This document shows, in pieces, positions 11,498 through 24,613 of a stretch of 64,000 nt of DNA. The position numbers were made by a program, and so were the translations under genes. This stretch comes from Rhizophagus irregularis (Eukaryota): assembly GCF_026210795.1 (NCBI RefSeq), contig NC_089429.1, forward strand, positions 2,852,001 through 2,916,000, in the 5' to 3' direction. Below the pieces are notes generated by a model. It was not told the DNA's origin and did not search any database. It saw only the letters and a list, made by a program, of their open reading frames with translations. Numbering within the stretch: position 1 is the stretch's first letter; each line of letters opens with the position of its first letter.

Positions 11498-13654
11498 TGT
11501 TCGTAGTGTTTTAGGAAAAAATATCTTTTTAGTAAATTTTAATTATTTTGTTTTTTAAAAAGACTTGGATAAGTTTTCTTGTTAATTAAAAAAACGTTGA
11601 CTTTATAAGTTGTTTATATATATCAGTATTTATTATCTCATCACTCATGACGTGTCGAGAAAACACGTGATAATTCGTGTTTCAAAATATCACGTGTATT
11701 TGATTTTGATAGCGGAGTTATAGTCAAAGTTATATATGTGTTAAGGATGACTGTAAATATACAATTAATGAGTCATTAAGAGTAACATATTTTTCCAATA
11801 TTAATCACCTCCCGAAATTAAAATATACTATTATTATACTTTACCAGATTTTTTTTTGCATTATATAATCTATCCATCAACTATCTATTTTAATGCATTA
11901 TATTATTATATTATAAATTTAGTAGTAATTGTCACTACTGGTAATTTTTTAGTTATGATATATATTTAATGGTTTATTACATATAATTTGTAAAAATTAT
12001 TTTTCAACTTTCAAATATACTTCCAAGTTCTAACTTCCTAATAGTTTATATCACTAAAGAAGTGAAATATTCACAAAGAATAAGGTATTTGCTTCATTGA
12101 AGTTTCATACTAGTTTCATATACTGCAGACCTTTTTTTTTATATCAAATATACATTAGTTAAAAAGAATTTCTAAATAAATAAATAAAGTAATACTATCT
12201 ATTAATTTTAATAAATTTTTAGCAAATTTCAATTGAAGTTTCTATTAATTATATGACTAAAGATAAGAAAATTTTGTTCAATTTATAGTATATATTATAT
12301 TAATAAAATTAAAAATATAAACCCACTTTAATACTTTTTAATATCAAATTTTTTTGCTTAAAAATAAGATTCATTAATTCGCAGTTTGTAAAAAATAGAA
12401 AGAAATTATTAATAGTCAGTAAGGCAAACTTTAAAAACGTTATATCTTTTTATTTACTCATCATGCAGTTTTCATATAGTAAAAATTTTACTATAGACAC
12501 ATCTTATTATAATCACACTATTTGGTAGTCCTGAGGGGTGTGATTATAGAGGAGGTTAACTGTATACCCAAAACTAGTTCTGCACCATGTAATTTATCTG
12601 TATTATAAATAAAAAACGTTTAGGACATTAAGTGACTTGAATAATGTAGTCAAATATTTTTCTTATGGCAATTGGCAATAATTTTAGACCATATATACTA
12701 ATTTTTTATGCTCAAGCGTATATGCATATTAATATAAAGTAATTTAGAAAATCTGGATTGGCAAATTAAAATTACCAGCGAGGATCCAGGGACTTTATTT
12801 TCAAACTTTCTCGCATATTCTCAAAATTATTACGTATATTATTGTAAAAGGATCTTTTGATGATCTTTATATATGGATAGCATTAAAATTTTTTTATTAT
12901 TAAATTATAGAGAGTCTGTTGATCAGATTTTTGTGATGCAATTATATTAATATAATTTTTTCAAAAGCATATAATAAAATCGATTCTGTAAATTATATAA
13001 AAAGGTAATGACCTGGTTAGTGAATCCTTTTATCTGTCTTGTACAAGTAAAATGAAAAATCTAAACCAATCTAATATAATTAAATAAGTCCATATATTTT
13101 ACAAAGTAATAATAAAGTAAGTTGGTTTATTGCTCAGCTAGTTTCTCTAAACATGTCATCACGATTCCTACCTCTATAAATATTCTAAAATAAAACAAAC
13201 ATATTACTCTTTTTATTATATATCAGTATTTTGATTTTTGCCAAGAAAATCTTTGACAATCATCATGTATATAATAGACGTAGTGAAACTATTCACATGA
13301 ATCTCGTCATATACCTTAATATCATGCTTCTCAATAAAATTTAACACAATGTATTTAATAAATTTTCAATAATAAACATTTTTATATGCCAAATTCTTGG
13401 TATTTGACACAGGTAATAAAAAAATCAAATTACCTTTATTATAATGCATTAAGTAATAAATTTCAGGCAGAATGGAATGTTATGAAAATTAATAGTAATA
13501 GTAAGTGTGAATCAGAATTTTTTTTTTAATTTATACTGTAGATTTAAAATTATTTAATTTCAGAAAAGTTTTCTTGTAGGAAATAATCTTTTATATAGAC
13601 TGTGTAGGTGAGAGTGATATAGATAGACAAAAATTCTGTAGATATAGATAGGAT

Positions 13655-13899
13655 TAAGGTTACCTACCTAAACCTCTCCAAAATTCTATGATTAGTTTCT
13701 CCAAAATTTTACTATAGTTTTATTATAGTTTCGACAGGATTTCAGCAGTTTCAGCATTTATAATAGATTTTGTCAGGTTTCACTTTTTTCCAGAGTTTTG
13801 CCAACTTTTTAATAAGATTTTCATATAGTTTTAGCAAAGTTTCACCATTTTGGCATTTCGCCAACTTGCCAAAACCCCTTAATTTCTCCAGCAACCTTA
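13655..13899. mobile_element. Degenerate hAT-like MITE
   Basis: Ends TAAGGTTAC / GCAACCTTA; 8-bp flanks GATAGGAT / AGCAGGAT (partial TSD); internal GTTTTGCCA-like repeats. Confidence 0.5.
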
Positions 13900-16212
13900 A
13901 GCAGGATAATTTATTTTAAAAATCTAGTTTAGTAAAAGAGTATAGGATGAAAATCTTAGCAATAAGAACAAATTAGTTATAGATATTTTTCAAAATTTGT
14001 GAGAGAATAAAGAAATAATTTGATGCTGAAACTCACATTAAATGGTTTAGGATTCACATACTTATTTTTTTTTTTGATAGCATTATATATTTTATTTGCT
14101 TCTCTAGCATTTTTTGATTCACTATGTATCTAAAAAATTATTTAAATTATTTGATTTGAATCATTATCATATGATTATTGGAAGTTATCATAATTTACAT
14201 AAAAAATTGTAAAATCATATTAGTTTATCTATTTTTTTTTAAATTCTCTATGAAATCTAAAGTATATTAAAAGATGAATATGTACAAACTTTTAAGTTTT
14301 TACAAGTTTATACAATAATTTCTCACCTTTCTTTTTATATAAAGAAGATACATAAATATTTCAAATGAAAAATATTTCTTTGGTGAATGCAATATCGAAC
14401 CATTTAGAAAAAAAATAAAGAGTTACCTTTTGTCTCTTAAGAGTATTACCAATACAGAGAAGGACCAAAAATATGATAAGGTATAATAGCTAATTAGAAT
14501 TACAAGCAGGCAAGTGTTAAGTTTTTTGTTTTTTTTTTGTAAATTTTTTTTTGAATACATGACATAGTAAAGAATCTTATAAGTAGTGTTAGGACACATG
14601 TCACATGTGACCTGTATTCAAACTTTACAAGTCAACTCAATACTAATACAGATGACCCTACAAGCCTGTCTGGTTGGATGAAAATTAGATGGAATAAATG
14701 GGAACATGATATTTAAGAATAATATTAATTTCTTATCCATTTTAAGGGTCAGATTATGATTTAGCAAAAGATTGAAAAAAGGAACATGGAGAAGTTAAAA
14801 CCAAAATTAATAGATCTTTGATTTACATTCATCAACTGACTTTCAATGAAAAAACTAATAATATTAGAATTACTCAAGGCAGAACTTTTATTTCTTGATC
14901 AAAACGAGATCAGAAAAAGATACAATTGAACATTTTTTAGTTTATTTCTAATTCTTTAAGAAGATGAAGAACATAGAAAAATAAAGCAGATATATTTTTA
15001 TAAAAAAAGTCAAAAAAAAAATTAATTTAAAAGAAAAAGTCAGTATATAGTAACTTTAATTTTATCTGCAAAAAAATATATTTTACAGAAAGTAATTGAG
15101 TTAATCTCTTTTAAGAAGATATATTGTTCAACAATATCATACTTGAAAAGATGAATCCTCTAAAACTAATACCATTAGATGACGATAATTCCTTCAAGAT
15201 GATGATGTTTCTTCTCTAAAAGAAACTTTCAACTTTATCCTTAAATCTTATCCTTGAGATAAAACGTTGATGATATTGTCACTAAAAAAATATCTACAAA
15301 TGTAAAGGCAATAAAAAAAAAGAAAAAATTATTACTTGTAGAAAGAGTTATACTATACTATAAATCATCACAAATTATTGACTTATCTGTGCACATGAAA
15401 TGATGATTTTCTCTAGAGGATAGAGAATTCATGATGAAAAATTATGTGTCTTTGTTATAAATTTCCAACCTGACAGACGAAAAAAGTTCCTTTATTACAA
15501 TTGTAAAAAATATATATATATTGTTTCAAATTTATCTTTTTATACATATGTATGCCAATAATAACAGTTTAAAGATATTAGTCTTAATTATTTTTTAAAA
15601 AATTTTGAATTATAGCTATAAGATTTTTATAGCCTTAATTAATTATAGCATATAAAAATTTTGTATTATGACACTTTTTTGAATTACAGCTAATATCTTT
15701 AGAATAGTATCTGCGAAAGATTTGTAAAATATATTTTGATTTATTAGTATTTTTTCTACTTTATATTACTTTGATTCTTTATCTTTTATGATTGAATTCT
15801 AATAATTTAATACTTATAGTATTTATAGAAGCAAAGATAACAGTATATTAGATCTTGCACATATAGAGATCGATATAATACTCAAAGTATACTTATACAT
15901 TATTGAAGGTTTAAAGAAGAGCATATTAGTACAACAAAAATAGTTAGTATAAATAAATTCGCTTATTTTATGATTTCATTCTCACAAATTATTTATTATA
16001 ATTTTATATTAAAATAAAGGGTGAGTCTTTTTGCCTATTAAATAAAAGCACAAATTACAAAAAAGATCAAAAATGTAATGTATGCTTCTTGTCACCATCA
16101 GAAATAGACATTGATAAATAGAAATTTACATTAAACATAATATCATAAAAGGCAATTAGTAATCGTTATTACTTAACCTGAATAAATCAAATAATATTAA
16201 ATAGCTTATTAA

Positions 16213-16677
16213 TACAGATTAAAAAGTGAAAAATCAGGCATCAATCAGTTACCAATCAGTCACCAATTAGGTAGCTGATTGGTGACTAATTGGTGACTAA
16301 TTGGCATTTTCACCAAATACCATTACCAATCAGGCAGTTTGCTAACTTTTAATCCAGTGATCAGAAAAGAATGAAATATAGTTTATTGGAATCGTCTCAA
16401 TAAGATGAATCTAATGGTAGTAAAATCGCATTTCTAGGATTAATACTTGATGAGAAATTGAGTAAAATGTAAAAATAAAAATATATCATTTATATTTTAT
16501 TTAATTTTTTATTAACTACTATTAATCCTAGAAATGCAATTTTACTACTATTAGATTCGTCTTATTGAAATGATCCAATAAGCTATATTTCATTCTTTTC
16601 TGATCGCTAAATCAAAAGTTAGCAAACTGCCTGATTGGTGACTGATTGACACCTGATTTTTCACTTTTTGACCTGTG
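16213..16677. mobile_element. Fold-back CMC/CACTA-like MITE, copy 2 (same family as 6010-6541, more decayed)
   Basis: Ends TACAGATTAAAAAGTGAAAAATCAGGCA / CCTGATTTTTCACTTTTTGACCTGTG; interior alignable with copy 1; flanks TAA/TGA. Confidence 0.9.
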
Positions 16678-17288
16678 TGAATCACAACCTGACCGATATA
16701 CAGGCCAAAAAAAATTAATGTGGTATTTTTATAGATAGTAGGTATAAGTGGACAGATGCTTTTTGAAAATTTAATTGAGGATTTTTATATCATCTTTTTG
16801 GGTCCAAAGTTTAAACTTTTAACAAAGCTTTAACATATTGAAAAGCTAAAATCCTCTGTAAACATTATTAGACATGTTATAGTAAGCTTACATTCCAATT
16901 TATTCATTATCAGAAATATTTGTACTATTAATCCATTTTAACACTTATACAGAATATGTATAAATAAATAAGTGAAATTGTAAAAATTAAGAAAAGTACA
17001 AGTAATGTGTTTGATTGTATTTTTGATAGTACAGTCAGGCCTCTATGTACCGATATCGTATAGACCGATATTTTCATGTACTGATAGAATTTTCGTGTCC
17101 CATTTCACAACTAGTAAAAAATCCTTGTTGTACCGATATTACATATTGTTTCACGATGTAACATGTATCGATACTTTTCTTTGTCCTCTTTTAATTAACA
17201 TATAGTAAGATGTACTGATATTTTAGGTTACACCAGCATATAACCTTACTTAACGCGTCATAGTGCGTCTTTGTTTGCTTTAGAAATC

Positions 17289-19346
17289 ATGTCTCAACTA
17301 CAAGTAAAAAGGAAGTTAACTCAAGATGCTTCTCAAACAAAGAAAAGAGTCGTTTTAACACATGCACAAAAAAGACAACTCTGTTTAGATTATCAAAACA
17401 TGCCACGATTTACTTAAGAAGGACTTGCCACCTTGTATAATATTAAGCAAAATACAGTTTTTGATATCTTAAAAAAGAAAGAAAAGTGGCTGAATGTAAA
17501 TCCAGACTCAGAAGAGTCAAATAAACAGAAGGAAAAGCCTGTTCGCTTCCCTCAAGTAGAGAAGGCTCTTTCATTATGGATAACTAATGCACTTGCTGCA
17601 GATCTTGTTTATTATTGATACTGATATTTTACGTGAAAAAGCTAAATTTTTTGCACAACAGTTTGAAGTTAATAATTTTGCAGCTTCTAATGGATGGATT
17701 AATGGATTTAAAGAACGTCACAGTTTAAAACAGTATGTTAAGTGGGGTGAAGCAAAAAGTGCTCCATTGGAAACATTAGACGAAAAAAGGAAGATTTTAC
17801 GTGAAATCATTAAAGATTATGATTTAAATGATGTTTTTAATTGCGATGAAACAGGTAATCCTAAATTTTCTTTAAAATAATTGAATAATATTCTAATATT
17901 TACTGTTTATATTTTAGGATTGTATTGGGATCTTGAACCATCAAAGACATTAGCACAAGGCCCACTTTCAGGAAAAAAAAATCAAAAAAACGTGTTACAC
18001 TCCTGCTTATATGCAATACAACTGGGACGGAGAAATTAAAGCCACTTTTTATCCATACTTATCAAAATCCACGAATCTTACATGGAAAAAAAAGGAAGAT
18101 TTACCAGTTAATTATTATTGGAATTCAACTGCTTGGATGCAGGTTCTGATATGGAATGATTATCTCACAAAATTGGACAGACAGATGCGATTACAAGGCC
18201 GCTATATTCTTTTACTGGTTGATAATGCATTAGTGCATATTATAGATGAAAATACAAATTTAACAAATGTGACTGTGCATTTTTTGCTACCAAATACTAC
18301 AGCGCATTTGCAGCCTTGTGATGCAGGAATAATTAATTCTTTTAAAGTGAGTGATAGTTTTTTAATTAATTTAAAAACAGTAAAATTTTACAATCTAGAT
18401 TCAAATTACATTGTATTAATTATGTAATTCTTTAATAATTCAGGCACAATATCAAAAATTACTCGTTAGAAACAGGATCAAGGCATATGAAATTTCACAA
18501 GAATTAAGAAAAGAAACTGTTCCACTAAATATTTATGATGCTATTAATTTTAGCAAAAATGCTTGGAATTCTGTAAGTCAGCAGACAATTTTTAATTGTT
18601 GGAAACATACGGGAATTCTTTCACAGGATGAGATGGATGGTGAAATTGAAGATGATAATCAAGTATTTCATGATGAAATTCATAATAAAATGGAGATATA
18701 AGAGTTGATTTACCAACTTCCATTTGATGATCACATGGACGTAACAGAATTTCTTCATATAGATGACAACTTGAAAGGTGGTGAAGGGTTAACTGATGAA
18801 GAAATCGTGTCTATGGTAAAATCCAAAAATACCAAAGTAGTCAAACTAGAAACTGAAGAATCCTTTGAAGTGATTTCTACTAAAGAAGCCCTGGGTCACT
18901 TGGATGATCTTGTTTTATTTTTTGAATACTCATCAGATACTTCTATTAACCCAGAATTATTAAATGTTTTAAAGAAATTAAGACGTCAAGTATTGACATT
19001 ATACATTAATAACACTGGTCAAAAACCAATATATCGGGTAGCAGATATGTATCAGATATGTACCCGATATGTGTAGTATTAATGCAGAAAATCAGGTACC
19101 CGATATGTGTAAGATATATGTAAATATATATATCATATACATATCGGGTACCGATATGTATATGATATGTAAATGATATGTAGACGATATATATATTTAC
19201 ACATATCTTACACATATCGGGTACCCGATTTTCTGCATTAATACTACACATATCGGGTACATATCTGATATATATCTGCTACCCGATATATTGGTTTTTG
19301 ACCAGTGTAACGCAAAGCAAATAACATTAGATAGTTTTATTCAATA
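17289..19346 (+). pseudogene. pogo/CENP-B-like transposase (HTH + DDE_1), disrupted
   Basis: ASNGWINGFKERH, FNCDETG, LLVDNA and LQPCDAGII motifs; two introns; stop at 17415-17417, frameshifts, and a MITE in the last exon. Confidence 0.9.
19013..19307. mobile_element. Palindromic CACTG-ended (CACTA/EnSpm-type) MITE
   Basis: CACTGGTCAAAAACCAATATATCGGGTAGCAGAT... with a near-perfect inverted copy; exact 3-bp TSD TAA (19010-19012, 19308-19310). Confidence 0.93.
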
Positions 19347-20079
19347 ATATGTACTATTAAATAGTCTTGATTAGTTATATTAATATTCTAATACAGTATA
19401 CTGTAATAATGATAATAAATTTCAATTATTATTGCCATAAACCATTAAATTTTATTTTTCGTTCAATTTAAGATTTTTTGTTATACAAATGATCACAAAA
19501 AATTTTTATATACCGATATTGATCAACATAATATAATAATATCGGTATACAAAATTTTCATAATGAACCGATAATCTGATATACCGATATTTTTTCCCAA
19601 AACAACAGCATCGGTACATAGAGTTCTGATTGTAATAAGTTTGACACGATTTAATCTATTCATTATAAGTCAGAATATATTTGCAAATCGTAATAAATCC
19701 TGAAAAGTAATAAAGCGAAAGTTATTAACAACAAATAGCAAACAAAAATGTATATTTAAAGAAAGAGGTGCTAGATTATATATTTTTTTAAATTCATAGC
19801 TTATTACGCAATTATTTGTATATTTACTTTTGAAAAAAAAATAATACACTAATAAAATAATTGTTTTTATCTAAAGTATGCATCAGAATTTTTGAATGGT
19901 AAATATAAAGTAGTAAACGTAACTGAATATTCACATGATTTTTTCTGACCCAACTATGAATTAGCCAGAGCTAAGACATTTTTCGTATTATGCTTCTGGT
20001 ATATCAAATCTTGGCCAAATTGCAAAAGAATTAAGCATCTTCTGGCTTACTTAAAAAATTATACAGATAATTAAGTTTT

Positions 20080-20983
20080 GAGTTTATTCAATGAAACCCA
20101 ATTCTCAAAAATATTCTGAAATAACTATATATAGGTCTTTATAATACCAAACATGCTTTAAAGCAATCTGATTCTTTTCACATAATTCTTTGATTTCTTT
20201 CTTAAGTTGATCCTGTTCTCGCTGTTTGATAAAATTTTGGGATCTTTGTAGAAGAATTCAATATAATTTTCATGTTGAATACTTTGTACTTCAATTGCAA
20301 AACCATGTTCTGGATAATATATATCAAGTTCTAATCCCTTAAGATGTTCAGAAATTTTCAAGTAATCTGGTCAGCAAATGTCTGAAGGTGGTCCCAAATA
20401 TTTAGAAACAATTTCATGACATAAATTTTTATATTTATTTCAACAAATTAGACATCAAATATTATGATTTTTAATCGCATAAAGTGTATATATTCTTTAT
20501 CATATTTCCATAATAAATCTGAATAGTTATTAAAATATGAAATAGAAAGACACTCACCATTTCAGCTAAATGCAATCTGCTTGGCTTGATCAATATTACA
20601 AGTATATCATCTAGAATAATGAGAATACCATAAATTTAATATTACTAAGTGGTGCATTCTATTCATGACTTTTAGAACAATACTACAGTAAAGCTGTCAT
20701 GCAATTAATATATTTTTCAGAAAGACATTTTTCATTTCTACTATGTACAATTTTCTAGCATTTTTAAGAGTATGTTTAGCTATACTATGACCTATACAGT
20801 ATAGACACCAAGTATTGTGATTTTTTACACTAGAAAGACAGGCATTCCACTCATAGCCTTTAGAATATTAGAGCAACACCACTTTAAAGGAGTTATGTTA
20901 TTAATATAATTATCAGAAAAATAAAATTTACTACGCTCTTTAGTAATTATACAAGCAACATTCAAGAATAATTTTAATTGCAT
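20080..20983 (-). pseudogene. Degenerate protein with repeated zinc-ribbon units and a C-terminal PD-(D/E)XK/Vsr-like endonuclease domain
   Basis: Manual translation gives PLKWCCS..GYEWNACLSSVKNHNTWCLYC-type repeats, then GLELDIYYPEHGFAIEVQSIQHENYIEFF; many stops and frameshifts. Confidence 0.65.
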
Positions 20984-21129
20984 TGAGAATTAATAGGTTT
21001 TATATATATAAATTTCTATTCAAATCTGTATAAATTTGAATTCTATAATATTATAGTATATATTGATAAAGATTCACTATAATTCACTAAAATATTATAA
21101 ATCACTAAGATCAGTTATAAACTATAAAA

Positions 21130-21690
21130 ATGATTAAAACTAACTATTTTGGTTTAAATTCTGTAATAGTACAAGCATTAAACAATCTGCAATATAGGTA
21201 TAGTGGTGAAATACCAGAAATGTGGTATTTTCATATTTGTTATTCATTTAAAAAACTTCTTGAATATAACCCAAAATACTTTTTGAAGAATGGATTTATC
21301 CAAATAACTGAAAGATTATTTAACAATGGGAATTTAAAGCTGAAAGGCATTCACTATATATATATTGCACTGTATGTGACTCTTTAGTAATTATTTGCAA
21401 AAATACCATCAAATGTGCCAATGATCACCTGAAGAAATGCATTGCTAAAACAGCCAAAAAGCATCTTACATACTCTAATCCTATACAGAAAAATGTGAAA
21501 AAAAGAGTATCATCAGAACTAAGTGATGATGAGATTGATGAAATTTATAGTAATATTTATTTTAGATACAGAAAAACCTCTGAATTTTATTGTCCTTGTG
21601 CTTCAAAAGAAGTTAAGAAAAGTGTTGCATATCGATTGATTAGTAGTGCAAAAGTTATCCAATGGGCTTAAAGAACTTAACGATCACCTG
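21130..21690 (+). pseudogene. Degenerate uncharacterised gene divergent from the endonuclease pseudogene; Cys/His motifs after a frameshift
   Basis: ORF 21130-21387 continues in another frame as YCTVCDSL*...KCANDHLKKC and ends with FYCPCAS. Confidence 0.45.
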
Positions 21691-22038
21691 TAATAACAAT
21701 TATTACTAGTATTTATTAACTCTATTCTTTATATTAAAAAGTTAACTTTAAGTATTTTTCTCTTGGAAATATAATGGAAATTTGAAAAAAAAGTGCATTT
21801 AAAGAGGGTATGCATTTAGAAAGAGAAATCTTATATGAACTTTATATACTTAAAACTGAATAAGAGGATGTATTTAAAGAAAAAATATATAATGCATGCA
21901 CTTAGAAAGAGTACATTATAATTTACTAATTAATATATTGATATTTTATTTCAAAATAACATTGAAGTTTGATACCCCTTTAAGAATATCCTCTTATTAA
22001 AATAAAAGATTTATTAGATATATAAAAAATTTTTCTTA

Positions 22039-22193
22039 GGGCAGTGACATTTATTACGTAATATCCATTTACTATAAGCCCATACTCCTCCACCCCCATG
22101 TAATATGAAAAATCTTACGTTACACTTATATGTTATATGACCTTTAAATACCCTCCCACCCCCTAAAATATTACGTAATAAATGTTACTACCC
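22039..22193. mobile_element. Tourist-like (PIF/Harbinger) MITE
   Basis: TIR GGGCAGTGACATTTATTACGTAATA / TATTACGTAATAAATGTTACTACCC; TTA TSD on both sides. Confidence 0.88.
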
Positions 22194-22565
22194 TTAGGTT
22201 AAGACCCCAGAATTTTGATCACAAGTATTTTATATAAGACTCAGGATAATTTATTTTGAGCAATTGTTAAGCATAATAAAAATTTTATTATTTATTTAAT
22301 TAAAAATTCAATATTAATTCCAATCCTGAAGTACATAGTGCTATAATAATTATCCTCCAATTCACATTCGCTACTATCTAATTTACTAGGCCAGTTCATA
22401 ATTGTTCGATCGGCATTTTTGATCAGATTACACTAAATTTCATGATCAACGTTCATAATTGAAATGCTTGATCACATATATTGATTAATCTATGAATACA
22501 AAAGTTGTCGCGTAGTCATTACTTTTATTCTTATAAAGTATAATTAAAAATTTACAGCAGTTAAA

Positions 22566-23771
22566 ATGTCTAAACACAAGAAAATAAGGGAATTATTATC
22601 TTTTTATGTTATTACAGCTTGTCAAGATATGGAAAATGAAGATTTATTTGAGGAAGAAGGTGATTCAAGTGAAGAAGAAGAGGATGATTTGGTAATGCTT
22701 GGACTAACCTCATTACTTGGAATAAGATATTTAGAGCAAAGATCTTATCATGTAGCAAAATCAAAAGATTGGTACAATTATATTTTACCAAAATATGAAG
22801 ACTGTAGATTTAAAAAAATCATTAGAATGAACTCTATAAATTTTCAAAAGCTTGTTTCCCTATTAATTACTCATCCAATTTTTCAAAATAATAGTAATCA
22901 TTCACAAGCTCCTGTTGAATTACAACTTGCAATTTTTTTGAGAAGAATTAGTTCTAAAGAAGATATATTTGGATTATGTTCAAGATTTGGAATTGCAGAA
23001 GAAACCATTTATTTATACTGTAAAAGAGTAATGATTGCGATTTTTTCTTTAAAAAAAACTTTGGTTAAATGGCCAACAGGTGAAGCCAAGCAGAATATAC
23101 ATGAAGGATTTAAAAATATTGGCGAAATGGAAGATGTTATAGGTGCAATAGATGGTAGTCACATTGTATTAGCAAATGCGCCATTAAAGCAACCTGAAAC
23201 ATATTGGAACAGAAAAAAAAGATATTCTATACAATTGCAAGGAATTGTAGATTACAGAGGTATGTTTATAGATTATGAGATTGGATGGCCTGGCTCAGTT
23301 CATGATGCTAAGATTTATAAAAATTCATACTTTTATCGAAATATTTCTAAAATTATTAAAGGAGAAGAATATTTACTTGGAGACTCGGCATATCCTATAT
23401 CTACTTTTTTAATTAAACCTTTTGTAAATTCTCAAAATCCTTCACAAATTCGATTTAATGTAATTCATTCTTTACATAGAGTAGTAGTTGAAAATGCATT
23501 TGGAAGATTAAAGAACAGATTTATTGCTTTAAAAGAATTAAATGTTAGAGATATTTCTACTGTTGTAAAAATTACTGAATGTGCAATCATCTTACATAAT
23601 TTTTTAGAACTAAATAATGATAATGTAGAAGAATTATATGAAAATGATGATGATGAAGATGGTGATGATGATAGTGATAATGATGAAGATATAAATCAAA
23701 ATGAAATAGTAATGAAAAGAGAAGGAGAAAGAAAAAGAGAGCAATTAATGAATCTAATTATTAATCATTAA
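22566..23771 (+). CDS. Harbinger/HARBI1-like DDE transposase (DDE_Tnp_4), uninterrupted 401 aa
   Basis: IGAIDGSHI, WPGSVHDAKIY, LGDSAYP and RVVVENAFGRLKNRF: catalytic D-D-E all present. Confidence 0.95.
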   Translation: MSKHKKIRELLSFYVITACQDMENEDLFEEEGDSSEEEEDDLVMLGLTSLLGIRYLEQRSYHVAKSKDWYNYILPKYEDCRFKKIIRMNSINFQKLVSLLITHPIFQNNSNHSQAPVELQLAIFLRRISSKEDIFGLCSRFGIAEETIYLYCKRVMIAIFSLKKTLVKWPTGEAKQNIHEGFKNIGEMEDVIGAIDGSHIVLANAPLKQPETYWNRKKRYSIQLQGIVDYRGMFIDYEIGWPGSVHDAKIYKNSYFYRNISKIIKGEEYLLGDSAYPISTFLIKPFVNSQNPSQIRFNVIHSLHRVVVENAFGRLKNRFIALKELNVRDISTVVKITECAIILHNFLELNNDNVEELYENDDDEDGDDDSDNDEDINQNEIVMKREGERKREQLMNLIINH

Positions 23772-24014
23772 TAAAATTCATTTAATTCCTAAATAAATTT
23801 ATCATAATATTAACGTTATATGAATGTCATCTGTAAATGTTATTATGAATATTATGCAAACAGTATATACAAATATTGAACACTACAAAATAAAACCTTT
23901 ATTATTGTAAAATTATTACATAAACTTATCACTTTTTACAAAAAAGAAAATTATATTAAAGCTATTAGAAAAAAAATATATACTAAGATTATCCTATAAG
24001 AGAATATTATTTCA

Positions 24015-24568
24015 TTAGTTCGTATTGTTTGATTGTTTAAATTCCATCTCTTTCAATTTTAATTCATGCTCCATTTTCATTTTCTCTCTTTCAAATTCCC
24101 ATTTCTGTTTTTTTACTTCTAATTTACCCATTTCAATAGTATGATTTTTTTCAATCCTTTCTTTTTCTAACTCAAGCTTCTTTTCCCATACTCTTTCTCT
24201 AATTTCACTCATTGTAGAAATAGCCATAGCAATAGTATCTACATTATTTTTTTTTGATCTTTTAGGTGTTTTAGGTTCCATACCTGAAGATTCTTCGCCA
24301 TCAATATCAGTAGATCTATTTACTATAAAAGAAGGTGCTATATTTTCGCGAGTACCAAAAATAGCATCCATTTTCTCATACTAATCCCAGTCTTTTCTCT
24401 CTATACCAGATTTTTCGTTATGAGCTTTAACCTTACCATAGTATTTGATCATCCTTGCTAACTTGCTTTTAATAGTATTAGGCTCTTTATTTTTTAGTAC
24501 CTTTACGGACATTTCATTAAACAATTTAGTTTTATTACCTTTTGTATACTCATCAAAATTATCTGCAA
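24015..24568 (-). pseudogene. 3' part of the Harbinger Myb/SANT-like partner gene (coiled-coil tail)
   Basis: Joined across the insertion it reads ILLQYIADNFDEYTKGNKTKLFNEM...IKSKLARM...KDWD*YEKMDAIFG; stop at 24381-24383. Confidence 0.8.
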
Positions 24569-24613
24569 CATCAGGAAATTATATAGTGCGAAAAGTTGCG
24601 CAAGTTTACACAT

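Larger units (their letters stand above)
17032..19632 (+). mobile_element. Full-length pogo/Tigger-like (Tc1/mariner superfamily) transposon
   Basis: TIR CAGTCAGGCCTCTATGTACCGAT / ATCGGTACATAGAGTTCTGATTG flanked by TA on both sides; encloses a CENP-B-like transposase. Confidence 0.92.

Noticed and set aside
12121..12565. Possible Tc1/mariner MITE ending GAGGTTAACTGTA
   Set aside because: The left end is too degenerate to confirm.
14680..15480. Codon-like remnant of an expanded gene family
   Set aside because: Too many stops and no recognisable motif.
19006..19251. 81-aa minus-strand ORF and the tail of ORF 18705-19076
   Set aside because: Both read through the palindromic MITE.
21961..21985. 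Possible TIR of the outer pogo element (TTTGATACCC, inverse at ~41474-41484)
   Set aside because: The match is too short and lacks clear TA-flanked ends; outer pogo boundaries are left undefined.
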